Assembly (NCBI GenBank): GCA_026770705.1
Contig: JANJGN010000021.1
Span: forward strand, 42,966,001 to 43,030,000
Reading direction: 5' to 3'
DNA length: 64,000 nucleotides
Source of the DNA: Isurus oxyrinchus
Lineage: Eukaryota
Below are positions 1-11,470 of this stretch, piece after piece. The translations under genes were made by a program, and so were the position numbers. The notes under the pieces are model-generated. The model saw only the letters and a list, made by a program, of their open reading frames with translations. It was not told where the DNA came from and searched no databases. The first letter of the stretch is position 1; each line of letters begins with the position of its first letter.

Positions 1-321
1 GATTGACACGGGTGTTACGTGCAACATCCTGAGCCTCGCAGACCTGTGTAAAATTGCTCAAGATGGTGACATGAAAATAAAGGTAAAGTTGCGGCTATAT
101 GATAGAACAATGCCCACCCCAAGAGGCAAACTAAGCTCAGAGTGCAATGCAATGTGAAGAAAGAAGATCTACAGTTCCAGAAAGAGACACTAAGCAAAAT
201 CCCCTCGTATCAGCTGAACAAATCAAACTATGGGGCTGGTAACTCTCTATGTACCAGCATAGATGTGCAGAGTTTTGCAAGGCACCAAACCATTCACCGT
301 TGAACAGATTATGAACATTCT

Positions 322-1009
322 GGGCAGAATTTTCTGCCTGTCGGGCGGGGGGGCCTGACCCAATCTCCGGCGGGCGGGGAGCCAATCCCCGCCGGAGAAG
401 CAAACCCTGCTGTCATTTTATGTGGGTGGGCCAATTAAGGCCCGTCCAGCGTGACACCCGGCGGGAAGCGATCTGCACTTCCTGTGCAGGTGGGGATGGG
501 GGATTCCCCAAAAGCGAGAGTGCACTTTTTTGCGCATGCGCACAAAAGAACGCACATCTCCCTGAGGCTAAGTGCTGCCTCAGGGAGAACGCTGACAGTT
601 TTAAAAACATCAAAAATAGAAAACAAAAATCCTTAACATGTCCCCCTCATGGGACATGTTCAGTAATTACACTAAAACTTTATTAAACTTTTTAAATCCC
701 TACATGAAACCTCATCCCGCAGTGGATGAGGTTTCATGTTTTTTCTACTTGCTGCTGGGGCTCCTGGCCTTCCCGCCAACCTTAAGGTTGGATGGACAGG
801 TCCTTTAATTGTTTTAATGATCCTGTCAATGGCCTCAATTGGCCATTGACAGCTTGGCGGGCCCACAGCTGATTTGGCTGTGCCCCCGCTATCCTGAAAA
901 TGTAAATGGGACAGGTGACATCGGGGCTTTCCCCCAAGGTCATCCCATGTCATTTTATGCGTTGGGAAGTTAGCCCTGTCCCCTGCTTGCTGACGGCAAA
1001 ATTTAGCCC
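322..1009. mobile_element. Non-autonomous PIF/Harbinger-type MITE inserted in the Gypsy pol
   Basis: Ends GGGCAGAATTTT / AAAATTTAGCCC with 3-bp TSD TCT (319-321, 1010-1012). Internal sequence resembles the MITEs at 17281, 41134 and 56950. Confidence 0.85.
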
Positions 1010-3886
1010 TCTGTTACTACTGTAGCGCTGAATTTCAAAGATGTTTTCACAGGTCTTGGATATCTGCCTGGCGAATATCATCTTGAAGTAGATGAGAGTG
1101 TGAGAACAACTCAGCATCTTCCGAGAAGAGTTCCAGTTGCCCTCATGTCCAGCCAAAGACAAGATAGAGCAGCTTGAAAAGATGGGAGTAATCAGCAAAG
1201 TGACAACTCCTATAGAATGGGTTAGCAGCATGGTAGCAGTGAAGAAGTCTGGAAAGCTGAGAGTGTGCATAGATCCAAAGGACCTCAATAAAGCTTCGAA
1301 GAGATCCACTATCCCAAGCCAAACATGGAAGAAATTTAGCTGCAACTTGCCAAGGCAAAAGTTTTTATCACCCTAGATGCAGAAAATGGATTCTGGCAAG
1401 TGAAAGCAGCAGCAATTTCCTGACTACGTTCTGGACACCATTTGGGAAGTACGGATGGTTGCGTATGCTGTTTGGCATTTCCACTGCTCTGGAAGAGTGT
1501 CAACGCGACAGCATGCCAATGATCTTCCACGAATGGAAACAACTGTGGATGATCTATAGATGTTTATCGATGTGGAGTTATGATGGAAGAAACCATCACA
1601 GACAATGATCAGAATCCAGAGAGACTCCTAAGGAGAGCTCACCAGGTGAACCGGAAGCTGAGCAAGAAAAAACTGCTACTCAAAATGACCAAAGTCAAGT
1701 GCATAGGTCAAGTGTTGACACCGAAAGGAGTTCACCTTGATTATAATAAGGTGAGAGCTGTAGCAGAGATGCAGCAACCAACAGATGTGAAGGTGGTGCA
1801 ACGATTTGTTGGATCTGTGAACTACCTAGCAAAGTTCTTGCTCAATTTGTCATCAGAGTGTGGACCTCTACACAAGCTCATTGCAAAGGATGTTCAGTAT
1901 TATTGGGGCTCAGAACAAGAAGCAGCTTTCACTCGCGTTAAACAACTAACGACTACAACATCAATGTTGACATACTATGATGTCAACGAGCAGCAGTGTG
2001 ATGCAGATGAGACTGGACTTGGAGCAACCTTCATGATGCAAGGACAACCCGTTGTGTTTGCATCAGGAGCATTAATGCAAACTGAATGAAATTATGCCCA
2101 GATTGAGAAAGACTGCTTCACTATTGTCTTTGGTTGGGAAGATTTTAATCAGTGCCTGTTTTGGGGAGACAAAGTGATGGTGGAATCTGACCACTTCAAA
2201 GCATCTTTCTCAAACTGCTTCTATCTGCTCCCAAAGCAGCTGCAAAGGACATTACTTCATTTGCAGAGCTATCATTTGGAAATGAAGTACAAGCAAGGGA
2301 AGGAGATGTACATTGCCGACATGCTGTCAAGGGCCTCAATCTGTTTGAAATGTGTTGATGACCCTAGCACAGAGTGTGAAATCTTCCACGTTCAATGGGA
2401 AACAACTGCACAACATGCTGTGGAAGTCATCAACCCAGCAGAGACATTGAATTTGACAGACAAGCGTCTTGCTCAGATCAAGCAAACCACACAAGATTCA
2501 ACTCTCCAATTGATACAGGAATTAGTGATGAAAGGATGATCTGATACCATCAAGGACACACCTGTTGCTATAAAAGTATCAGGCATACAGAGATGAAGTG
2601 ATTGCCCAAGGTGGCACCTTATATAGAGTCACTATCCCTAAGGAGATGAGAAAAGAGATGTTGAAGTGCATCCATGCAAGCCATTGAGAAATTGAGTCTA
2701 GTCTGAGGAAGGCATGAAAAATGCTTTATTGGTCAAAAATAAGCAATCAGATTAAGGACCACATCAGGCAGTGCAGTGTTTGTAATGAATATCATGCTAA
2801 GCAAGCTAAAGAGCCACTCGTGACATCCCAGACAGGCCATGGATGAAGCTTGGAGTAGACCATTTCACTCTGTTTGGAACTGATTATCTCATCACTGTTG
2901 ACTCATACTCAGATTACTGGGAGTTAGGCAAACTGACATCAATGACTGCCAGTGAGATTGTATAATGCCAGAAAGCATACTTCAGTCATCATGGCATTCC
3001 TGACATTGTTATGAGAGACAATGGCCCTCGGTTCACAAGCGAAGAATTCAGACACTTTATGAATGATTGGGAAATAAGTACTGCACATCTTCTCCACACT
3101 AGCCCCAGTCAAATGGAAATGCTGAGGAGCAGTGAAAATTGCCAAAATTGCTAAAGGCATGGAAAGTAGTCCAGTCCAGTGACTAATATCTCACTGCACC
3201 CAACCTACTCTTCCAATTGTTAAAAAACAACTGTATTCAGAAGTAGTAACATGAGAAAGTGACAAAGCTAAAGTGAAACGAGAGCCAAATTTCACTTTGA
3301 TAAAGCTGCCAAATCATTGCCAGAGTTGGAGAACTGATCAGGGTGTAAACATTCAATGTGTTCAAAAAAAGTCAGCCCCCTTGGCAACTTGGAATCTGTG
3401 TAAAAAGCAATTGTTGCCTTGATCATACACGGTGAAAATGAACGCCCAGATATATTGCCAAAGCTGCAGACAAATACATGCAATTGGAGAAACTGCTCCT
3501 TCGCAGCAGTCAGCTGACGAGGAAGAACTGATTTTGGCAACTGGACAAAGGATGGAATGACCATCAGTCGCAGAGGTCAACTGCTCTCCAACAAATACAA
3601 CTGATCAGCAATAACATTCTCCAAAGAGGCAAAGCCACCTCAGGAGCCAGCAGGCACCAGACAAACAACCAAAAACAACCTGCAGATGCACGCGTATCAT
3701 TAGAAAACCTGAACGCATTAAAGATTATGTATGTAATGTATGTGTAGGGACAGACAAAACTGAGACAGCTTTGAATGAACGGTTTTCTGTTCATGCTTGA
3801 TGACTCTCTCTGATTGTGTATGTTGGTAACTTGCAAATGCAAATGTGCATGCAATGCAATTTTTTCTTTTTATGAAAAGGGGGAAG

Positions 3887-4033
3887 TGTGGAGAAACGCC
3901 TTTGTGCACAGTTGCCTGTTGTACACTGTGGCTTGCCATAGTCATGTGATCTCTGAGTCATGAGACCTCTGATGTCATTCCTTTGTGAGTAAAGGATTGA
4001 GGCAGGAGCCACTTTATCCAACATGTGGAACAA
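3887..4033 (+). repeat. Probable 3' LTR of the Gypsy element
   Basis: Polypurine tract GAAAAGGGGGAAG (3874-3886) followed directly by TGTG; 3' boundary approximate. Confidence 0.6.
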
Positions 4034-5863
4034 CTATAAGACCATTGCTTCTCATGTTCCTCCCTCCTATGCTGCAGATACATGGCCTTGCATGCCCTTC
4101 CTTCCCCCTGCAGACTTACTGTGTTTAAATCACTGCTCATCATACATTCTCCACAAAATTACAAGATACCTACGGAGAGGGAAGGTCATTCAACATAACT
4201 TAATATATCCAGAAAACTCTTATCTCTGATACATTTAGTTTTTAGTTCTGCGCCACCACTATTATTGAATTGATTAAGTCCAAGCAGCCTTCATATTTGA
4301 AGGCAACGAATATTGGGTTGTTTGCCAGAGGGCACAGCGGCAGTGGGAGGGGGGAATATGGGGGGAGGAGTGAAAAATGCAGTCACTCTCTAAGTCTTGA
4401 ATTGGTACACCACTCCTGTTTCTCCTGGCTCCACAGCAACTTCCCCAATTACCTCCCTCCTGATCGCACACTTCAATAAATCCACTCTGCTGGTCCCCTT
4501 TAAGGGTAATCTTCATGTTCTTCTTTGCCAGCTGCATGGGAAGCCATTTTGTGTCCACAGTTCACCACAGTTCACTATGTAAATGGTAATGAGACATGAG
4601 GCCCAAAATTAGGTGTGCCTCAAGTATTGAGGGATTGTTTCCTATGCATCCGGTTCCATGAGGTTTTACTTGTTATAAACCTTTTCAAATTGCCATCTCA
4701 CTTGATCGAAGTCTCGACTTATTTCTTGGCAGTCCTCTGTGTGGCAGGGGATGAGAGAGGCACGTTGTTCATATGTTTCTCTTGAATATTTTGAGGATGT
4801 TAATATTCAGAATATTTTCAATCTTGTGCTTAACCTCAGCTTCAAGCCCACTTGTATCTTCTAATATGCTCTCTTTTTCTCTGAAAGTCTGATGTTACTG
4901 TAGCACTGAACAAGCATTTAGTCATTCTTTTTCAACACGTCAAATTGTCAAATTTCTTTGCCCCTTCATTTTCCCTTCCTCCTACAAGCAATTAGATTAT
5001 AAAGCCAAAACTTGCTGTCACCTACTCACACCTTCTGATTACACCTTCTCTTCTGACCTATTGGTTTCAACCTGGGCCTTGCGTGTGTCTTAAATGGTGT
5101 TTTTTTGCTTCATACAAATGCAGAGTACTTTGTGACACAAATAAGTAGAGAAATACGTTTTGGCCCGAATCTTCTGGTCTCTGGATAGTCGGAGACCAGA
5201 ATCGCCCCTCAAGACATGCTACAGGACCCCTGGGATGTGCCAGCAGAGTGCCCCGTGGGAATTGCGCAGGAAGTTTGAACTGATGACGGGCAATTCTCCT
5301 TCTCTCGGCAAAACTCTTCAACTCGAAATGAGAGTCGGAGACTTTGGACGGTTCCAAGTTTCTTACTTGAATTGTTACCCAGGAAATGTTAGACAGAAAA
5401 TCCCTAATGTAATTCCTGGGTGTCATGAAAATATAATAATTCTCACAATTATTGTAATTTATCATAAAGATAGGTTAATAGTGGGTTTGGATTAGTTTCT
5501 TTGTGTTATAGATGCCTGTGTGTGATTTTTAATTGAATTGCAGACAGCTAGTCTGGGTGCTTTGACGTATCAGAGGGAAACTAGGGCCAGAATTTACCCA
5601 ATTTTGCACTAAGTGTGGTAGCGGGTGGCTAAAACAGCATGCTGCCCGCCAACAACGATGGTGGATTTTCATACCGTATCGTCCTGTGCCCGTCTCATTA
5701 TTTACGCACTCCCGGGAAGCACGCGGTTTCCATAGCAGGCAGGGTCCTCATTCATCTGCCCGCCATCACCCTGCCATTGCATCACGCCGGGCGCCATGTT
5801 TAAAGTCCAGCCACAGGCACAGTATGCTCAGTTCTTTCAGCTTACCACTGCTGCCCAGAAGAC

Positions 5864-7351
5864 ATGACCCTCTAAGGCAAGAAGAATGCAGCACCCCAGT
5901 TGAATGTCAGTTTGACTACTGGATGCCATGGAGGCCCACCAGGATGTCCTGTAGCCTCGCTTTGGCTGCAGGATGGGCAGCAACGTGACCAATCTAGCTT
6001 GGGAGGCAGTAGTAGCAGTGGTCAGTGCCAACGCCCTTCAGAAGAGGACAGCCACCCAGTGCTGCAAAAGGATGAACGATCTCCTCTGTTCTGCCAGGGT
6101 AAGTCATTCTTTTCATCACTCTCAACTTTCACACTCTCAAACCTAGCATACATCTACAGGGCCCTCAGTCACTGCCAGTTCAAGGGACATCATTATTCAC
6201 TCTCTCACGCTCACCATTATTGTCCTCATCCCATCCATGGGACCATTCACCAGCCATGTTTATCATCTGGTCCAACTTACACTCTCTATCTCTATTCATG
6301 CAGGACAAGCTGGCACACAACAAGAGGGAGAGGTCACAGACTGGTGGTGGAATGCCCAAAATCCTCATGGAGTTTGAAAACAGCCGTCCAGGATTTGGAC
6401 CAGTCCTGTGCTGACGGTGAGGTTGGCGCTGCTCTACCAAGTGAGGATCCAGCAGCGCAACATCCATCAGACAACCATATGGTGAGTGATGTGTCCTCTT
6501 TCACAGGCCACTGCCATACACTAATTTTCTCTGCTTGCTTTCGTAGGCAAATCTGCCAAACAGCCGACAGAGTCCATGACCCAGGGCACCAATCAATTAT
6601 GGAAGAAACCTCTGAAGGGGAATCTGGAGGCACCCTCCTTGAAGTCACATCACAGCACTCACCCAAACCCTCCACCAGCACAAAGACACACACTTCGGTG
6701 GGACCTAGCTTCAGAATAGCCTCAGGATCACTCACTGGTGAGGACCTCGCGCTGTCTGATCCACAGCAGGTGGCGGCAGGGACTTCCCAGGTGTCAGGCT
6801 CTCAGAGGGCTGCTGGAGACCAGAATGTTGCTGAGTCCGAGTCAGATGATGAGCCTCTGGACTCGGTCATGTCACAGTTGCTGGAGCTGCAAAGGCAAGC
6901 TCGTGAACATCAGAAAAGGATGTCTGCTGCACTCGTCAGAATACAAGGCACGGTGGAGGAGTCTGGCCTTCGTCAGTCTGAGGTGATAGCACCGGCATGT
7001 CAATGCACTAAGCTCAACACTGGTAGGATGGCAGCTGCCGTGGTGACCTGGGTCCAAGATTTTGCTTCTGCACTGCTGTGCAGACTCAACTTCATCGCTG
7101 ATGCCAGAGTTGGCCTCCAACAGTGTGTACACGAGGGGTGCCGGGCAGCTCGATCTCATTCCAGCTATCCCTGCTCCTCAATGAGTCAGCGTTGGGCCCC
7201 TAGGCACCCACAGGGAGGATGGTCCACAGGTGCACACTCCAGGCCCATCCATCCAGATGACTCCGAGAGTGTCCAGCCCTTCCAACTCCCATCTTCCCAT
7301 CTTCTGACCAAAGTGATGGTCCGGCCTCACACTCCCTGGACACATTACTGA
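5864..7351 (+). pseudogene. Harbinger Myb/SANT (trihelix) DNA-binding protein gene, spliced, degenerate
   Basis: LAWEAVVAVVSANALQKRTATQCCKRMNDLLCSAR, then a GT..AG intron 6099-6303, then DKLAHNKRERSQTGGG. Second intron probably 6482-6546. In-frame stops present. Confidence 0.8.
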
Positions 7352-7809
7352 TGCCTGCACCTCGGCGGTGCTGGTCATTGCTGCCAGAATGTAGTGGGCA
7401 GGTGTCACAGAATTCTCTCATTGTCTCTGTGTTCCCTGAGCACCTTTAAGGAAGGGCTGGTCCCCATCTCTTCAGCATCTGTGCCACTGATGCTGTGCTC
7501 CTGAAGAGCTCAGGTGTTGAAAGTGTGCAAAGCATCAGATGCTTCTAAAGTTTTATGCCTGCATCTCTATTATATGACCCTGCTCATGGAGCGCAAGCGA
7601 GCTGCCCTCAGCCAGACAGAAGTCAGACATTCTCAGAGGCTACGTGAAGATTTATGGAGTATCCTCACTGCATGTCGTCATCATCCTCCTGCAGTTGAGT
7701 GACTATTAGGGCCTCTACTGTCTCCCCATGACAGGAGCATTCTCACAGAGGGTATTCGCACTGCCATAAGCCAGACAGGAGTCAAATGTTCACAGATGCA
7801 ACGTGAGGA

Positions 7810-9058
7810 TCTATGGGGTCGCCTCACTGCATGTTGCCATCATCCTCCACAAATCTAGCACCTGTGAGGGTTACCTGACTGCGTCTGCCTTGTCTAGCCA
7901 GTGCGAGGGCCTCATCCCTGCCAAAGTTATCTCCAAGGATCTCCTTAGCCTCATCCCCATCGGTGTCATCCTCATGGGAGGAGACGTGCAGCCCCTCCAT
8001 CTCTTCCTCAGCCAGCTCATCTTCTCATTTGAGCAGACACTGATGATGTGTGACACTCTATTTTGCAGGGCTCCACCAGACTGGCCCAAGTACTGGAACC
8101 TCATCTTCAGCATCCCGATGGTTTGCTCCACTGAAGTTGCAAGCTGCAGCATGAGTTTCATTATACCGTCACTCTGCTGCAGTCTGAGGCTGCTGCACGG
8201 GTGTCATCAGCCACGGCCTCTGCGGGTAGCCCTTGTCTCTGAGGAGCCATCCCTGCAGCTTGTGTGGACCCTGGAAGACTCCAGGGATCTACAGCATCTG
8301 AGGATGTAGGAGTCATGCACACCCTCTGCAAACCGTGCGCACACCTGCAGGATGTGTTTCTGGTGGTCGCACACCAGATGCACATTCAGCGAATGGAAGC
8401 CCCTTCGGTTGGTGAAGTCCACCATGTGTTGTGATGGAGACCTGAGCACCAGATGAGTGCAGTCAATCGCACCCTGCACCTGTGGGAATCCCAAGATCTG
8501 GGCGAATCCAATCGCTCTTGCATCCTGGCTGTCCTGGTCCCTGGTGAAAAGCACAAAGTTGTGTGCCCTCACAAAGATGGCATCCATGACCTCATGGATG
8601 CATTTGTGGGTGGAGGCTTGAGAGATCCCACAGAGGTCACCAGTGGAACCCTGAAAGGAACCACTGGCATAGAAATTAAGCCCCTGCTGTTACTTTCACA
8701 GCCACTGGCAGTGGATGCCCTGCATGCCCCAGTGGCGCCAATTCCTGCAGTAAATGGCAGATGTGAGCAACCAGTTTCCTAGACATTCACAGTCTTTGGA
8801 GACGCTGGTCATCTGCAGGAATGACAGGCGGCCTCTATAAACCCTGGGTGTCACTAGGCACAGACCTGCAATGGCTCGCTGTGGCTCTTGGGCGGAGTGT
8901 GTGGGAGCCCCAGCCAACCCTTTTTCCTGAAGTTGCTGCTCCTGCCTTTGCATAGCCAGGAGCCTCTGTCGCTCTCTCCTCCGTCTTCTTAGCACTCTGT
9001 AGGCCATCAGGCATAGAGTTAAGTCACCAGACACGATGATCCTGATGTGCTCCTGCAG
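7810..9058 (-). pseudogene. Harbinger DDE transposase (HARBI1-like), degenerate
   Basis: GFPQVQGAIDCTH, NRRGFHSLNVHLVCD, GVHDSYIL, VEQTIGMLKMRFQYL motifs spread over several frames. Confidence 0.9.
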
Positions 9059-11470
9059 GATGAAAGAGAGAGACACTTGGTTAGCATGGGTGTACTAAGA
9101 ACCTGTCCTGGTTAAGTGTGACGGCCCCTTAACGCTTCCTGGAGAGTGCTGGCAAGCACTTGGATGGCCAGAGATTAGTGCACTGCATGGCTGCCCTGTT
9201 AGCTTGAACCATGGTGGAGAGTTAACCAAACTGGGATGCTGACATTGCAAGGAGCTGTGAGTGCCTCCAGAAGTGACTGCTACATGGCCAGCAAGGAGAT
9301 TGTACAACGTGTGCAGTCTAACTGTTCTGCAGTCCACTAAAATGCTCATGAATTTGCAGTCTGTGCTGGGGCAGGGCTGGGAGGGGGGCAGCTCTGGAGA
9401 ACTTGGTGACACTTTGATGCCTCTGCATTGCTTGAGTGGGCAGATAGGCTAGGAGCCAACCCCAGTCATATCAATGTGGCTGCACCTGAACTGTCTCGGT
9501 CGCAGAGGAATGGTCACTTTCTACAGCTTTTTCCAATGTGTGGCCACTTCCCTCGCCCACCCTACCCCCTCCACCCCGAATGCTTATGTGCTACAATTCA
9601 ACGGCAGGGCTGCTCTTACCCCTCCCCTCGTCACCAGTTGCCTCAACAGCAAGGCTGCACTTGCCCCCGCTCACAAGTCACCTCAGAGGCAGGGCAGTAC
9701 TTGCTCCCTGCTCCCCCTCACCCTCAAAAGTCACCTCCGAGGCAAGGTGGCACTTAACCCCGACCCCCTGGTGTCCCTGAAGTTTACAAAGTAACAGGTG
9801 ACCCTGGCAAACTCTGCAGAACGTTGCTGTTCACTTACTTCCAGTTCACCCAAAGTGCAGGCCGCCAAGTGCACGTTGCTTTTGTGCTGTTGTGAAACAC
9901 ATCAGCGTGCTTTCCCGCTGACATGGACGGACGATCCAGCAGGGGTGCAGGAACCTGTAGGGATGGGCTGATGATGATATGCTGATGTATTAAATGAGGT
10001 TCCTGATGACAGGAAACGTGACCTGCTGTTGGCAGCCTGAGCGGACAATCGTGACCTGCCTTCCCACCATCGTGAAACCAATCATGCCATATTTTCTGCG
10101 CATGCCACCTATCATGCCTGCTGCCCTGTGGGCACGGAAAATTCCACCCTAGGTTTGAAATGCTGAATATGTTAACATGGTTGAAGTTTTAAAATGAGAG
10201 GTGTGAAGAACATTTGCATTTTTAGACAAACCCAAGTAGTGAATTTCAAAGAGATGGTAAAGTGTTACACCTAGCCAACAGAGGCTAAGCCAAACACTGT
10301 GTTTATTTTTCCCAAAGATTACTGATAATATGAGTGCTAGGAAAGATTTATATTATGGAAAAAATAAAGTTGCAAAGACATATTGGAACAATGGGATTTA
10401 CATTAAAAAGGGAGAAACCTGTATAAAGGAGATGAAGTTATGTGTAAGAAGAAGGCATTCTAAGGTCCAACAAGTGTGAAAAGTCTCCAACCTCTATGTA
10501 CCAAGCTGCTGTCTTCAGGAACTGAAGCTAAGAGAATTCATTTTAAATATTGTGTGCTTTGCCTGGGTCTGTTGAAATCTATGTTGTTTTACTGTTGCCT
10601 TGAAAGAGGTGTAACTGGAACCTAAATTAATTGGGGGATTTAGGAGTTATTATAGTAGTGATTTGTAGACCTATGTATTTATTATATTAATGAATGTTTA
10701 ATTTAGTTTTGTAAATTAAGCCTCTAAGACTTGGTGGTCTTATTACTACTGAATTCAAGGCATGCATCTCAAAATAAAGCTACAAATTGCAAAACAGTTG
10801 TGGCAGCTGTTTCAAGTTTCCCTCTGGGACTTGAGCAGCTCAGCATTTACCATCCACTGTTCCATAACATGGGTAAGTATATAACTGAACCCCAATCACT
10901 CATGTTGACCACCTCAACTCTCCCCTCAATTGCCCAACTCCCCGCAGACCTGACCTAACTCTCCCCCACCACCAACAACCTCAAACATCATGTCTCTCCC
11001 CAGACCCGACCTGACTAGTCTCTCCCACCCAACTGCCTCCCTGCTTACTGGACTACCTTCCCAATTTTCCCCGACACCCCTAACCTAACCTCACCACCTT
11101 ATCCACCTACCATCCTACCCAGCTACCATCATACCCCTTGCTCACTTACCTTACTCACGCTACCCCCTTACACACGTACTATCTCTCTGTAGCTTTTCAA
11201 AGAAACTTTGAGATATTTAAGCTCTTGCCAGAATACAGCATCAAATGCCATAAAAGGGGGGCATGGCTTCTGCGTGGAGTCTCTCCACTGCTCCCTTCAA
11301 GGTTCCCTGCAATGACTCAGTTCTGTAGGATCTTCCATCAGATGGTTGCCCAGAAAAATTGGAGGAAGGTAAGTGGGTATTATTTTGTCTGATTAAGGTC
11401 GGAAATAGGGATTCTGAGCCTAAATGGAAGATTTGGGCCTTTACGTTGATCAGATTTTGCTTTCAAATTT

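Larger units (their letters stand above)
1..4033 (+). mobile_element. Degenerate Ty3/Gypsy LTR retrotransposon (pol plus 3' LTR), 5' part outside the window
   Basis: Protease IDTGVTCNIL at 2-31; RT-region KSGKLRVCIDPKDLNK; VQRFVGSVNYLAKF; RNase H CDADETGLGA; integrase RDNGPRF near 3010. PR-RT-RH-IN order, many stops and frameshifts. Confidence 0.9.
5585..10149. mobile_element. Full-length degenerate two-gene PIF/Harbinger transposon
   Basis: Ends GGCCAGAATTT / AAAATTCCACCC with TSD TAG (5582-5584, 10150-10152). Convergent Myb/SANT gene (+) and DDE transposase (-). Confidence 0.9.
5504..10869 (+). mobile_element. Probable solo LTR interrupted by a Harbinger element
   Basis: TGTTATA...CATAACA termini. 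Shares AGACAGCTAGTCTG and the CATAACA end with the LTR-like element at 42279-43401. TSD not clean; orientation tentative. Confidence 0.6.
5162..11439. mobile_element. Harbinger-type TIR element (outer shell of a nested stack)
   Basis: TIR GGCCCGAATCTTC versus GAAGATTTGGGCC (12/13 match) with TSD TTT on both sides. Its own sequence is only 5162-5503 plus 10870-11439. Confidence 0.75.

Noticed and set aside
5900-7351. 483-aa ORF as a novel host gene
   Set aside because: It lies inside a TIR/TSD-bounded Harbinger, starts at TTG, reads through introns, and the Myb domain is in a different frame.
7810-9058. Domesticated HARBI1 gene (also 43440-44100 and 58270-59560)
   Set aside because: Multiple copies, frameshifts and stops, TIRs and TSDs show these are transposon copies.
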